From NCBI GenBank assembly GCA_030390025.1, contig CM059431.1:105154001-105218000 (forward strand): DNA of 64,000 nt. The letters are read 5' to 3'. Both the position numbers and the translations under genes were made by a program. A model generated the notes under the pieces. That model was not told the origin of the DNA. It saw only the letters and a list, made by a program, of their open reading frames with translations, and did no database searches. Source of the DNA: Squalus acanthias (Eukaryota). Below, one piece after another: positions 1-12,150 of this stretch; position 1 is the first letter of the stretch; every line of letters begins with the position of its first letter.

Positions 1-327
1 TTGACAAAGACTTTCCCGAGAATGCAACTGAGATTGCAGATGAGACTTAAAAAGGACTCAGTACTGAAAAGAGTGTATGAAAACACCTTGAATGGATGGA
101 CTGATCAGTGTATGGACACAGAGTTGAAACCATTCCATAACTGTTGTACTGAATTGTCTTGTGAGCAAGGTTGTATCAAGTGGGGAAACAGAGTGGTGGT
201 ACCCACTTCTTGGAGTTCGGAACCAAAACAAAACAGCCCAAAAATTGGTTCAACACCAAAACCTTCTGTAAGGAGATCAGGAAGTCTCCACAAACCTGTT
301 ATTAAAATGGATTTGAAGTTCATTTAA
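1..327 (+). mobile_element. Degenerate Gypsy/Ty3 pol fragment (region preceding the integrase zinc-binding domain)
   Basis: Translation KKDSVLKRVYENTLNGW...LKPFHNCCTELSCEQGCIKWGNRVVVP matches the Gypsy pol pattern D.VL..V.....GW...L.PY.....ELS...G.L.WG.RVV.P. Confidence 0.7.
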
Positions 328-438
328 AAAAAAGCCAGGAGTTTTTGCTATGTGGTACATGTAATGCTGGGAAAGGTGGGACGAAAGTTTTGTTGTATTT
401 CAGAGGGGAATATGTACCTTTTTTTTAAGGGAAAGCAG

Positions 439-562
439 TGTAATGTATTGTCACATGGTTTGGTATGAGCATGCTCAATTCGCTTGGCCTAGTAAAGCAA
501 GCACATTGACTAGCAATTCATCGTGTCTCTGTCCTTCATTTGTTTTACCCACATATGTTACA
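439..562 (+). mobile_element. Short 3' LTR of the Gypsy relic
   Basis: Begins TGTAA and ends TTACA (inverted termini). Preceded by a purine-rich PPT-like tract (AAGGGAAAGCAG) and lies downstream of the pol fragment. Confidence 0.55.
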
Positions 563-599
563 ATAATGGAACATTCTTAATTGTTCATTCCACTTCACC

Positions 600-3500
600 A
601 GTTCTAGGGGAGGTGGAACCAGTACAGGCCAGACGGGTTGTACCTCAACAGGACCGGAACCAATATCCTCGCGGAGAGGTTTGTTAGTGCTGTTGGGGAG
701 GGTTTAAACTAATTTTGTAGGGGGATGGGCACCAGGATGTAGCATTAGAAAGGGGAAATAAACTGCTCAAAGGATTGGGAGAGGCAGAGAGCACTAAAGT
801 AAGAAATAGTAAGTTATTAGGTGGGGTCAAACTAAGAGGGAATACAGGATGGTCTAAGATGAGTTTACAGTGTATGTATGTGAACGCATGAAGCGCAGTA
901 AACAAGGTAAGTGAGCTGCAGGCACAAATAGCCACATGGGAATATGATGCTGTGGCAATAACTGAGACCTGGCTCAAAAAAGGGCAAGATTGGGAATTAA
1001 ATATTCCTGGTTATAAGGTGTTCAGGAAAGATAGGGAAGGAAAGATAGGAGGTGGTGTGGCAATATTGGTTAAGGAGAATGTTACATTGCTGGAGAGGGA
1101 GGTTGTCCTGGAAGGGTCAAGGACAGAATCTATATGGCTAGAGTTAAGAAATAATAGAGGTGCCATTACACTACTAGGTGTATTCTACAGACCACCAAAT
1201 AGTGGGAAAGATATGGAGGAGCAAATTTGCATAGAAATTACAGAGAGGTGCAAGAACTATAGAGTAGTAATAATGGGAGACTTCAACTATCCCAATATAG
1301 ACTGGGATCATAATAGTGTAAAGGGCAGAGAAGGGGGAAGAATTTCTGAAGTGTGTTCAGGAGAACTTTCTTGATCAGTATGTTTCTGGCCCGATGAGGG
1401 AGGAGGCATTGCTGGATCTGGTTCTGTGGAATGAGGTGGGTCAAGTGGGGCAAGTGTCAGTAGGTGAATGTTTAGGGAACAGTGATCATAGTATCATAAG
1501 GTTTAGATTAGCTATGGAAAAGGACAGGGAGCAATCTAGAGTAAAAATGTTTAACTGGGATGAGAATTTCAGTGGGATGAGAACGGATCTGGCCCAGGTA
1601 AACTGGAATCAAAGATTGGCAGGCAAAACTGTAATGGAACCTGCATTTAAAGAGGCAATAGTTCAGGTACAGTTCACGTACATTCCCACTAGGGGGAAAG
1701 GCAGGGCAACTAAAGTCAGAGCTCCCTGGATGATGAAAAAGAGAGAGAATATGATGAAGCAGAAAAAGAGCGCATATGTCAAATGTCAGGTTGCAAATAC
1801 ATCTGAGAATCAGGCTATATATAGAAAGGTCAGAGGAGAAGTGAAAAAGAAAATTAGAGGGGCAAAAAGAGGGTATGAAAATAGAATGACAGCCAACATA
1901 AAAGATAATCCAAAAGTCTTCTACAGACATATATATAGCAAAAGGGTGGTAAGAGGAGGGCTGGGGCCGATTAGGGATCAAAAAGGAGACCTATGCATTG
2001 AGTCAGAGGGTATGGCTGAGGTATTAAACTAGTACTTTGCATCTGTCTTCACCAAGGAAGAGAATGCTGCCATAGACCTAGTGAAGGAGGAGGTAGTGGA
2101 GACACTTGACAGGATAAAAATTGATAAAGAAGAGGTATTAGAACGGCTGGCTTTACTTAAAAGTAGATAAATCACCAGGAACGGCTGGGATGCATCCTAG
2201 GATGCTGAGGGAATTGAGGGAGGAAATCGTGGAGGTACTGGCCATAATATTCCAATCCTCCATAGATATGGGGGTGGTGCCAGAGGACTGGGGAATTGCA
2301 AATGTTACACCATTGTTCAAAAAAGGGTGTAAAGATAAACCCAACAACGACAGGTCAGTCAGTTTGACCTCGGTAGTGGGGAAGCTTTTAGAAACAGTAA
2401 TCAGGGACAAAATCAACAGTCACTTGGATAGGTGTGGATTAATTAAGGAAAGCCAGCACGGATTTGTTAAAGGCAAATCGTGTTCGACCAACAAGATCGA
2501 GTTTTTTGATGAGATAACAGAGAGGGTTGATGAGGGTAATGCGGTTGACGTAGTGCTGTAAGGTTTCTAAAATTTACAGATCCCCAAAACCTAAGGAAAA
2601 TGGACTTTGGAACTACCTCAGAGTGATAAAAATGCATTTGGGCCTAACTTAAGGAATTTAAGACCAAAAACCAAGTTTTGGCATTTTAAAAACATGTCTG
2701 GGCCTGTAAAGGGACAAGGAGGTGGGGTCGACCTCTGTAAAAGCAGTTTGGTTATTGCAGTTAATTGCACTGTCTGGGGAACCGGGATGACCTCACTCAA
2801 GCCCCAGCAGACATTAACATTTGAACAATAGACCCAGGGGAAGAGCAGTCCCACCCAAAATACAGGCCCCATCAAAACAGATTACAGGGCCCATCAGAAA
2901 ACATGCATAATAAAACGCATGTAGGACCACTCGATAGAAAGACCGAGCCCAGCCTAGAAACCCAAACACAAAATCAATCACCAGTGATCAACCAAGGAGA
3001 TCGACAGGATGCAAGCCATCCCAAAAGCCATTTGACACTTACAGAGCAGTTACTGGTAACAGGCCCGCCAAAACCAGATAATGAACTGAGCAGATTTGGC
3101 GGGTAGATAAGGCCATGTTCAATGGGTGAGATTGAAGGCCTGTTAAAATACCAGTTAACACGCTAGTAAGTCGTTACCGATTTACGAGCCCGCCAACACC
3201 AGACAATGAACTGAGTAGATTTGGAGGGTAGATAAGGCCACTTCAATTCCGTATAATTGAAGGCCCGTTAAGCAGTTCAAGGTCAGTGGTCATCAGAAGA
3301 AGAAAGGAAGAAGACAAGCCGAGCTGGAAGCGAGTCGGCATCGCTCACCACTCAGACACACCTGAGTCCAGCCCGTGAAGATACCACCTCGACGGACCTC
3401 CAACAACGGTCCCAACACAGTCACCCGGAGCAACAAGCAGCAACAAGTCACCGACGGCTCCACGAGGTCGACCGACGCACTAGACGAGGCCTAAAACCAT

Positions 3501-5291
3501 CGCGGAAACCAAAGGCCTCAAGTAACCAACAATCGCATATTACCCCCAACGGACCGGGTAATAGCAGGCCACCACGACCAACAAAGACCAACTCAAGGGA
3601 AGAAAACCCGAAGAACCGCAAAGTTTCCACTCTACAATCTACTCCTGACTTACCCCTGGGTAAGATTTTCCCCAAAGACTCTAAACCCTACTGCTAAACC
3701 AAAGAAATTGGGTACTCACCAGATAAATCCAAAATGACATCCTACCGCATCAGTGAACTCGCGAAGACTGACCAGATACGCAGGTGAAGTCCTCTACCGC
3801 GTATGGGGTATGGCAGACACTAACCGCCATAAACAGCGAACCCCAAAACCGCGATTTAGCCCAACTGTCAAAGGATTGGTGAGCATTATCCCTGGTCCTT
3901 CAAAGCCTAACTTAACTAGTAAAGTGGGGTTGGGAGGGGTGAAGTATTGTTCTACTGTCATTTCCCTCGCTTGTACCGAAGTGTTCCCCTCCTTTAGAGT
4001 ATTAAGAGTGTTATTATTTGTGTTTTACCTTTTAATAAAGATTGAAGTTCTTTCATCAAACTCAGTTGTCTGCTGCACCTTTTGTCACAACCCCCAAATA
4101 AGTCCAAGGTCTAGAACGAAGCTGACACAAAACACCACCCCCTACAGTGCACATGGATTTCCAAAAAGCGTTCGAAAAAGTGCCACATAATAGGCTTGTC
4201 AGCAAAGCTGAAGCCCATGGAATAAAAGGGACAGTGGCAGCATGGATACGGAATTGGCTAAGTGATAGGAAACAGAGAGTAGTGGTGAACGGTTGTTTTT
4301 CGGACTAGAGGAAGGTATACCACTGCTTTTCTTGATATATATTAATGACTTGAACGTGGGTGTACAGGGGACAATTTCAAAATTTGCAGATGACACAAAA
4401 ACTTGGAGGTATAGTGAACAGTGAGGAGGAGAGTGATAGACTTCAAGAAGACATAAACAGGCTGGTGGAATGGGCGGACATGTGGCAGATGAAATTTAAC
4501 GCAGAAAAGTGCGAAGTGATACATTTTGGTAGAAAGAATGAGGAGAGGACATATAAACTAAATGGTACAATCCTGAAGGGGGTGCACGATCAGAGAGACC
4601 TGGGGGTATATGTGCACAAATCGTTGAAGGTGGCAGGGCAGGTTGAGAAAGCGGTTAAAAAGGCTTACGGGATTTAATAAATAGATGTATAGAGTACAAA
4701 AGTGTGGAGATTATGATGAAGCTGTATAAAACACTGGTTCGGCCCCAACTGGAGTACTGTGTCCAATTCTGGGCAACACACTTTAGGAAGAATGTGAAGG
4801 CATTAGAGAAGGTGCAGAAAAGATTTACGAGAATTATTCCAGGAATGAGGGACTTCAGTTACGTTGATAGACTGGAGAAACTGGGACTGTTCTCCTTGGA
4901 GCAGAGAAGATTGAGAGGAGATTTGATAGAGGTGTTCAAAATCATGAGGAGTCTGGACAGAGTAGATAGAGGGAAACTGTTCCCATTGGCAGAGGGGTCG
5001 AGAACCAGAGGACACAGATTTAAGGTGATTGGCAAAAGAGCCAAAGGCGAAGTAAAAAAAATCTTTTTTACGCAGCGAGTGGTTAGGATCTGGAATGCAC
5101 TGCCTGAAAGGATGGTGGAGGCAAACTCAATCTTATCTTTCAAAAGGGAGTTCGATAAGTATCTGAAGGAAAAAAAATTGCAGGGCTACGGGGAAAGGGC
5201 GGGGGAGTGGGACTAGCTGAGAGTCGGCACAGGCTCGAAGGGCCGAATGGCCTTCTTCCGTGCTGTAACCATTCTATGATTCTATGATTCT
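600..5291 (+). mobile_element. CR1 LINE: ORF1 C-terminus plus disrupted ORF2 (APE endonuclease + RT), interrupted by a solo LTR
   Basis: ORF1 esterase-like tail ending EGLN* at ~712. APE motifs AITETW, YRPP, MGDFNYP, SDH. RT motifs ANVTPLFKKG, SQHGF, FADDT and CR1 C-terminus [13 protein letters not shown]...RTRGH...FFTQRV. 3' tail (ATTCTATG)n at ~5270-5291. Several frameshifts and stops. Confidence 0.95.
2557..4146 (+). mobile_element. Solo LTR (1590 bp), family A, 4-bp TSD GTGC
   Basis: TGTAAGG...CCTACA termini flanked by GTGC on both sides. Removing it restores the CR1 RT reading VDVVHMDFQKAF. TATA-like GTATAA ~3251, AATAAA ~4034. Ends are homologous to 26532-27840. Confidence 0.9.
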
Positions 5292-5376
5292 AATTAATAT
5301 TTTCAAACGTCAACAGGAATTGTTATTATTTGCCACCCAATCTCCACTAATTCATCTTCATAATGTTGTGTTAGAC

Positions 5377-5716
5377 CATAGAATCATACAGCCATTCGGT
5401 CCATTGTGTCTGTGCCGGCTCTTTGAAAGAGCTAACCAATTAGACCCACTCCCCTGCTCTTTCTTCATAGCCCTGCAACTTTTTTTCCTTTACAGCTATA
5501 TTTCCGATTCCCTTTTGAAGGTCACTATAGAATCTGCTTCCACCACCCTTGCAGGCAGTGCGTTCCAGATCAGAACAACTCGCTGTGTAAAAAAAGTTCT
5601 CCTCACCACCCCCCCTCTCTTTTTTTGCCAATTATTTTAAATCTGTGTCCTCTGGTTACCAACCCTCCTGCCAATGGAAACAGTTTCTCCTTATTTACTC
5701 GATCAAAACCCCTCAT
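5377..5716 (-). mobile_element. CR1 3' fragment
   Basis: Reverse-complement CR1 3' end (CATAGAATCATA tail, FYTASC..WNALP region). Confidence 0.85.
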
Positions 5717-5717
5717 A

Positions 5718-6176
5718 ATGAGGGACCTCAGTTATGTGGAGAGACTGGAGAAGCTGGGGTTGTTCTCCTCAGAGCAGAGAAGTTTAAGTGGAGATTTGAT
5801 CGAGGTGTTCAAAATCATGAAGGGTTTTGATAGAGTAAATAAGGAGAAACTGTTTCCAGTGGCAGAAGGGTCGGTAACCAGAGCACAGAGATTTAAGGTG
5901 ATTGGCAAAAGAACCAAAGGCGAGATGAATAGAATTTTTTTTTACACCGCGCCTTGTTGTGATCTGGAATGCGCTGCCTGAAAGGGCGGTGGAAGCAGAT
6001 TCAACAGTAATGTTCAAAAGGGAATTGGATAAATACTTGAAGGGAAAAAAAATTACGAGGCTATGGGGAAAGAGCAGAGGACTGGGATTAAACGGATAGC
6101 TCTACCAAAGAGCCGGCACAGGCACAATGGGCCAAATGGCCTCCTTCTGTGCTGTATCATTCTATGATTCTACGAT
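5718..6176 (+). mobile_element. CR1 3' fragment
   Basis: MRDLSYVERLEKLGLFS...GDLIEVFKIM; ATTCTATGATTCTA tail. Confidence 0.9.
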
Positions 6177-6520
6177 TTGAACACCTCTATTAAATCTCCC
6201 CTTGACCTTCGCTGCTCTAAAGGAGAACAAACCCAGCTTCTCTAGTCTATCCACACAACTGAAGTCTCTCATTCCTGGAACCATTCTAGTCAATCTCCTC
6301 TGCACCCTCTCCAAGGCCTTGACATCCTTCCTAAAGTGTGAAGCCCAGAAGTGTGATGCCCAGAATTGAATATAATACCCCAGCTGGGGCCTAACCCGTG
6401 ATTTATAAAGGTTTAGCATAACTTCCTGGCTTTTGTACTCTCTGCCTCTTTTCATAAAGCCCAGGATCCCTTATGCTTTTTGAACAGCATTATCGACTTG
6501 CCCTGCCACCTTTAAAGATT
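6175..6520 (-). mobile_element. CR1 ORF2 fragment
   Basis: REYKSQEVMLNLYKSRVRPQLGYYIQFW...LERVQRR. Confidence 0.85.
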
Positions 6521-6964
6521 GGTTACTGCCAGTTTGCTGATATATTTTAGCCCTGATAATTTGGCAGCGATATTGCCAATTCTGCATTCTATTCACAGAC
6601 CAGCTGCATATTCAATGAATGATTCATTTTTGATTTCAAAGAAAACCAGTTTCATTCGATGAAGACACACACAATTTAATGTGTGTGCTGTTGACTGCTG
6701 TCAGGGCATTAGGACTGCTGGAAATTACTTCAAATTTATCTTAGTCTTTTTGTTTCTGGTGAGTGGTTATAGAAAAAGAGATATTGATCAAAACTCCAAA
6801 CCAATGCAGATGTCATTTGTCTAATATTTTGAGGTGAATGATGGACTCTGACTTTCCTGTTATTGTGGGGAATAAATAGAGTAAATTGTACAATATGTGG
6901 ACTTTTGGTTTGAATCGAATGAGATCCTACAGGTTCCTTTCAAAATGTTATATCATTACCAATA

Positions 6965-7540
6965 AACAACAACAACAACTTGCATTTATATAGTGCCTAT
7001 CACGTAGTAAACTGCGCCAAGGCACTTCACAGGAGCGTTATCAAAGAAAAGTTGACACCGAGTCAGTAAGGATATGTTAGGACAGGTGCTCACAGGGGTA
7101 GGTTTTAAGGAGCGACTTAAAGGAGCAGAGAGAGGTAGAGAGGTCGAGAGGATTAGGGAGGGAATTCCAGAGCTTAGGGCCTCGGCAGCTGAATGTGCGG
7201 CCGTCAATGGAGGGACGATGGAAATCGAGAATGCGCAAACGGCCAGAATTGGAGGAGCGCAAATATCTCGGAGGGTTGTAGGGCTGGAGGAGGTTACAGA
7301 GATAGGGAGGGCGCAAGGCCACGGAGGGTTTTGAACACAAGGATGACAATTTTAAATTTGAGGCATTGCCAAACCGGGAGCCAATGTAGGTCAGCGAACA
7401 CAGGGGAGACGGATGAACGGGACTTGGTGCGTGTTGGGACACGGGTAGCAGAGTTTTGGATGAGCTCAAGTTTACGGAGGGTGGAAGAGGGGAGGCCATC
7501 CAAGAGAGCATCGGAGTAGTCAACTCTGGAGGTAACAAAT
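6965..7540 (-). mobile_element. L2 LINE 3' fragment
   Basis: (AAC)n tail followed by TTGCATTTATATAG. Translation FVTSRVDYSDALLDGLP...LHWLPV...FKIVILVFK is typical of the L2 RT C-terminus. Confidence 0.9.
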
Positions 7541-8951
7541 GCATGTGGACCACGGACCAGTTGAACCAGGAACACTCCTCGCCACGATGGACGTATCGGC
7601 ACTCTACACCAGTATCCCCCACGATGACGGCATCGCTGCGACAGCCTCAGTACTCAACACCAACAACAGCCAATCTCCAGACGCCATCCTACAACTCATC
7701 CGCTTCATCCTTGACCACAATGTCTTCACCTTCGACAACCATTTTTTTACCCAAACACACGGAACAGCCATGGGGACCAAATTCGCACCCCAATACGCCA
7801 ACATCTTCATGCACAAGTTCGAGCAAGACTTCTTCGCTACACAAGACCTCCAGCCAACGCTGTACACCAGATACATCGACGACATTTTCTTCCTTTGGAC
7901 CCACGGCGAAGGATCACTGAAAAGACTACACGATAACATCAACAAGTTCCATCCCACCATCAAACTCACCATGGACTACTCCTCAGAATCGGTTTCATTC
8001 CTGGACACACGAATCTCCATCAAAGATGGACACCTCAGCACTTCACTCTACCGCAAGCCCACGGACAACCTCACGATGCTCCACTTCTCCAGCTTCCACC
8101 CTAACCACGTTAAAGAAGCCATCCCCTATGGACAAGCCCTGCGAATACACAGGATCTGCTCAGACGAGGCGGAATACGATGGACACCTACGGACGCTGAA
8201 AAACACCCTCGTAAGAACGGGATATGACGCTCGACTCATCGATCGACAGTTCCGACGGGCCACAGCGAAAAATCGCATAGACCTCCTCAGAAGGCAAACA
8301 CGGGACACAACCAACAGGGTACCCTACGTCGTCCAGTACTTCCCCGGAGCGGAGAAACTACGCCATGTTCTTCGCAGCCTTCAACATGTCATCGATGACG
8401 ACGAATACCTCACTAAGGCCATCCCCACGCCTCCACTACTCGCCTTCAAACAGCCACCTAACCTCAGAAATACCATCGTTCGCAGCAAATTACCCAGCTT
8501 TCAGGATAACAGCAACCACGACACCACACAACCCTGCCACGGCTGCAAGACATGCCAGATCATCAACACAGATACCATCATCACACGTGAGGACACTACC
8601 CATCAGGTACATGGTACATACTCATGTGACTCGGCCAACGTTGTCTACCTGATACGTTGCAGGAAAGGATGCCCCAGAGCACGGTACATCGGCGAGACCA
8701 TGCAAACACTGAGACAACGTATGAACGGACACCGCGCAACAATCGGCAGGCAGGAGTGTTCCCTCCCAGTCGGGGAACACTTCAGCAGTCAAGGACATTC
8801 AGCCTCGGATCTGCGGGTAAGCGTTCTCCAAGGCGGCCTTCGAGACACATGACAACGCAAAATCATCGAGCAGAAACTGATAGCCAAGTTCTGCACTCAT
8901 GAGGACGGCCTCAACCGGAATCTAGGGTTCATGTCACGCTACATGACGTAA
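7539..8951 (+). pseudogene. Penelope RT-GIY-YIG endonuclease ORF (N-terminus missing; one premature TGA at 8850-8852)
   Basis: RT motifs DVSALYTSIP, GTAMGTKFAPQYANIFM, YTRYIDDIF, FLD, YRKPT. GIY-YIG motif NVVYLIRC...YIGETMQTLRQRMNGHR. Frame continues after the TGA as QRKIIEQKLIAKFCTHEDGLNRNLGFMSRY. Confidence 0.9.
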
Positions 8952-9395
8952 AGTCATCCAGACTCGAGTCGTCGTTGGCTTGTTCACAGATGTGATTTCC
9001 AGTAAAAAAAAGTAAATATTTTAAAGTTTATGGTTTTCCATACAGACTGCAGCATTTGACACATTAGACCCCCTGTAACCCCACCTCATTGTCTCAGTTG
9101 TATCTTGCTATGTCTTTGATGTGGTGCCTTCCTGGCTGACCTGATTGTTTCTCTGCCGAGGTGTGACGAAAGGCAGTCAGGAGGATTAAATGTAGTCGTC
9201 TGACATTGTACGCTACACATGCATTGTTCTCTATCTATATATGCTTTGTCGATTCGTATTCCTTTCCTTCACCTGACGAAGGGGCAGCAGCTCCGAAAGC
9301 TTGTGATTTCAAATAAAACTGTTGGACTATAACCTGGTGTTGTGCGACTTCTCACTTTTGTCCACCCCAGTTCAACACCGGCATCTCCGCATCAT
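7541..9395 (+). mobile_element. Penelope-like element (5'-truncated) with 3' pseudo-LTR region
   Basis: RT + GIY-YIG ORF followed by ~450 bp non-coding terminus containing a hammerhead motif and AATAAA (~9312), ending ...CACCGGCATCTCCGCATCAT. Confidence 0.92.
9269..9306 (+). ncRNA. Minimal type I hammerhead ribozyme motif
   Basis: TCAC-CTGACGA-A-GGGGC-AGCA-GCTCC-GAAA-GC-TT-GTGA: intact CUGAnGA/GAAA core, 5-bp stem II, 4-bp stem I, palindromic AGCT stem III. Confidence 0.8.
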
Positions 9396-10000
9396 AGAAT
9401 ACAAGAGCAGGGGGGTTATGCTTCAACTGTATAAAACACTAATTAGGCCTCAGCTAGAATACTGCTTGCAGTTCTGGTCACCACATTACAGGAAAGATGT
9501 GATTGCACTACAGAGGGTACAAGGATGTTGCCGAGAGTAGAGAATCTTAGCTATGAGGAAAGACTGGATAGGCTGGGTCTGTTTTCCTTGGAATAGAGGA
9601 GGCTGAGGGGAGACTTTATTGAGTGTATAAAATTATGAGGGGCATAGATAAAGTGGATAGAAAGGACCTATTTCCCTTAGCAGCGGGATCAAAAACCAGC
9701 GGGCAAAGATTTAAAGTAATTGGTGGAAGGTTTAGAGGGGATTTGAGTGGAAATTTCTTCACCCAGAGAGTTGTGGGGGTCTGAAACTCACTGCCTGAAA
9801 GGGTGGTAGAGGCAGGAACCCTAACCACATTTAAAAAGTACTTGGATGTGCACTTGGGATGCTCTAACCTGCAGGGCTATGGACCAAGAGCTGGGAAGTG
9901 GGATTAGGCTGGATAGCTCTTTGTTGGCCGGCGCGGACACGATGGGCTGAAATGGCTTCCTTCCGTGCTGTAACTTTGTATGATTCTATGATTCTATATC
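9395..10000 (+). mobile_element. CR1 3' fragment (young subfamily)
   Basis: IEYKSRGVMLQLYKTLIRPQLEYC; ATGATTCT tail. Near-identical to 39133-39452 and 61123-61709. Confidence 0.9.
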
Positions 10001-10011
10001 CTATGTAATTC

Positions 10012-10575
10012 TATGTCATAGGTCCATGTTGGTGTTTATGCTCCACAAGAGTCTCCACCTATCCTTCTTCATCTAACCCCGTCAACATATCCTTCTATTC
10101 CTTTCTCTCTCATGTCTTTATCTAGTTTCCCCTTAAATGCATCTATGCTATTTGCCTCAACTACTCCTTGTAGTAGCGAGTTCCACATTCTAACCACTCG
10201 CTGGGTAAAGAGTTTCTCCTGAATTCCCTATTGGATGTATTAGTGACTGTCTTATATTTATGGCCCTTAGTTTTGGCCACGCCTGCAAGTGGAAACATCT
10301 TCTCTATGTTTACCCTATCAAACCCTTTCATACTCTTAAAGACCTCTATCAGGTCACCCCTCAGCTTCTTCAATCTTTCCTGATAGGTAAAACCTCACAG
10401 TTCTGGTAGCATTCGAGTAAATATCACCACTGCCTCTATATCCTTTCTATAATATAGAGAGCAGAACTGTGCACAGTACTCCAAGTGTGGTCTAACCAAG
10501 GTTCTATACAAGTTTAACATAACTTCTCTGCTTTTCAATTGTATCCCTCTAGAAATTATCCCCAGTACTTGGCTT
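10012..10575 (-). mobile_element. CR1 3' fragment
   Basis: LRGDLIEVFKSMKGFDRV...KTKGHKYK on the minus strand. Confidence 0.85.
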
Positions 10576-10784
10576 GCTTATTATTTATGTTTAGTTTTTC
10601 ACAAAGATATGTGATGCCTTCAGAGAAGTGATGACACTTCTTGTTCCAACTCTTAACTCCTCAACCACCACTGTGCTGACTGACTACTTAGCCAACATCA
10701 AGTCAAAACCTTTCACTTCTCATTGGAAAATCAGGAGTTTAGTCCCTGAATTGATTCCACCCCCTGTCTGTTTGATCAGGTTGA

Positions 10785-11247
10785 AAAAGAAAGACTTGCA
10801 TTTATATAGCCCCTTTCATGACTACCGGACGTCCCAAATCACTCTTCAGCCAATTAAATACTTTTGGAAGTGTAGCCACTGTTGTAATGTAGGAAACATG
10901 GCAGCCAATTTGCGCACAGCAAGCTCCCACAAGCAACAATGTGATAATAACCAGCTAATCTAGTTTAGTGATGTTGATTGAGGAATATATTTTGGCTAGG
11001 ACACTGGGTAGAACTCCCCTGCTCTTCTTCAAAATAGTGCCATGGGATCTTTTACATCCACCTGAAAGGTGCTGAACGGGGCCTCGGTTTAACGTCTCAT
11101 CCGAAAGACGGCACCTCCGACAGTGCAGCACTCCCTCAGCACTGCACTGGAGCTTCAGCCTAGATTTATGTGCTCAGTTCCATGGAATCGGACTTGAACC
11201 CACAACCTTCTGACTCAGAGGCGAGGGTGCTACCCACTGAGCCACTG
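10785..11247 (-). mobile_element. Deu-domain tRNA SINE (SacSINE1-like), full length
   Basis: tRNA-like head (GTGGCTCAGTGG A box, GGTTCAAG B box), Deu core TGTCGGAGGTGCCGTCTTTCGGATGAGACGTTAAACCG, L2-like tail GCTATATAAATGCAAGTC. Confidence 0.85.
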
Positions 11248-11249
11248 CA

Positions 11250-11560
11250 GGTTGAGCCTGAAGGTGCATAACCTTCATTTTCTCTTTGACCCTGATTTAC
11301 ATTCTACACACCAGCAAGATTACTTATTTCCACCTCCACCACATCTTTGCTCCAAACTCATCTCTACTGGCACTGAAAGACTTTTCCACACCCTTTCCCC
11401 CCATCAAATTCAACTACTCCAATACTCTCTTGTTGGTTTCCCAAGTCCCATCCTCCGTAAATAGCACCTCATTGAAATCTGGCTGCCTGCAACTGAGTCC
11501 GCACTAAAGCCCACTTCCCTAATATCCCTCTCCTTCCCAACCTTCCTCGCCTCCCTATCC
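11250..11560 (+). mobile_element. Degenerate L2 fragment
   Basis: KITYFHLHHIF...FNYSNTLLL, homologous to the L2 RT region at 48275-48925. Confidence 0.6.
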
Positions 11561-11731
11561 CCCAGTGCATTATTTCCCATGTCCCTCTGTGCTTTCATCC
11601 CACTGCAAAAATCTTCAGGGATATGTTCCAGCACCTCCTGCATCCCCTTTCACTGCCCCCCCGCCACCGCCCCCCCCCCCCACAAACACCGCCCCAAGCG
11701 TTACAAAAGGACACAAACCCAGCTTTGTGTC

Positions 11732-12150
11732 AGCCGTGGCTCAGTTGGCAGCTCCCTTGCTCTCGGAGTCAGAAGGTTGTGGGTTCCAAATCCCACTCCA
11801 GAGCCTTGAGCACAAAAATCTAGGCTGACGCTCCCAGTGTAGTACTGAGAGAGCGCTGCACTGTCGGAGGTGCCATATTTCTGATGAGACGTTAAACCGT
11901 CAGCCCTGTCTGCCCTCTCAGGTGAATGTAAAAGATCCCATGGTGCTATTTTGAAGAAGAGTAGGTGAGTTCGCCCCAAAGTATTGGCCAATATTTATCC
12001 CTCAACCAGCACCACTAAAACAGATTATCTGGCTATTATCACATCGCAGTTCGTGGGAGCTAAATTGGCAACCATGTTTCCTACACTATAACAGTGACTA
12101 TATTCCAAAAGTATTTAATTGGCTGTAAAGCGCTTTGGGACCTCCTGAGG
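11732..12150 (+). mobile_element. Deu-domain tRNA SINE
   Basis: AGCCGTGGCTCAGTTGG head and Deu core; same family as 10785-11247. Confidence 0.85.

Noticed and set aside
11732..11800. tRNA gene (also at 21802, 32090-32153, 35648, 56920-57008)
   Set aside because: A/B boxes continue directly into SINE bodies, so these are SINE heads
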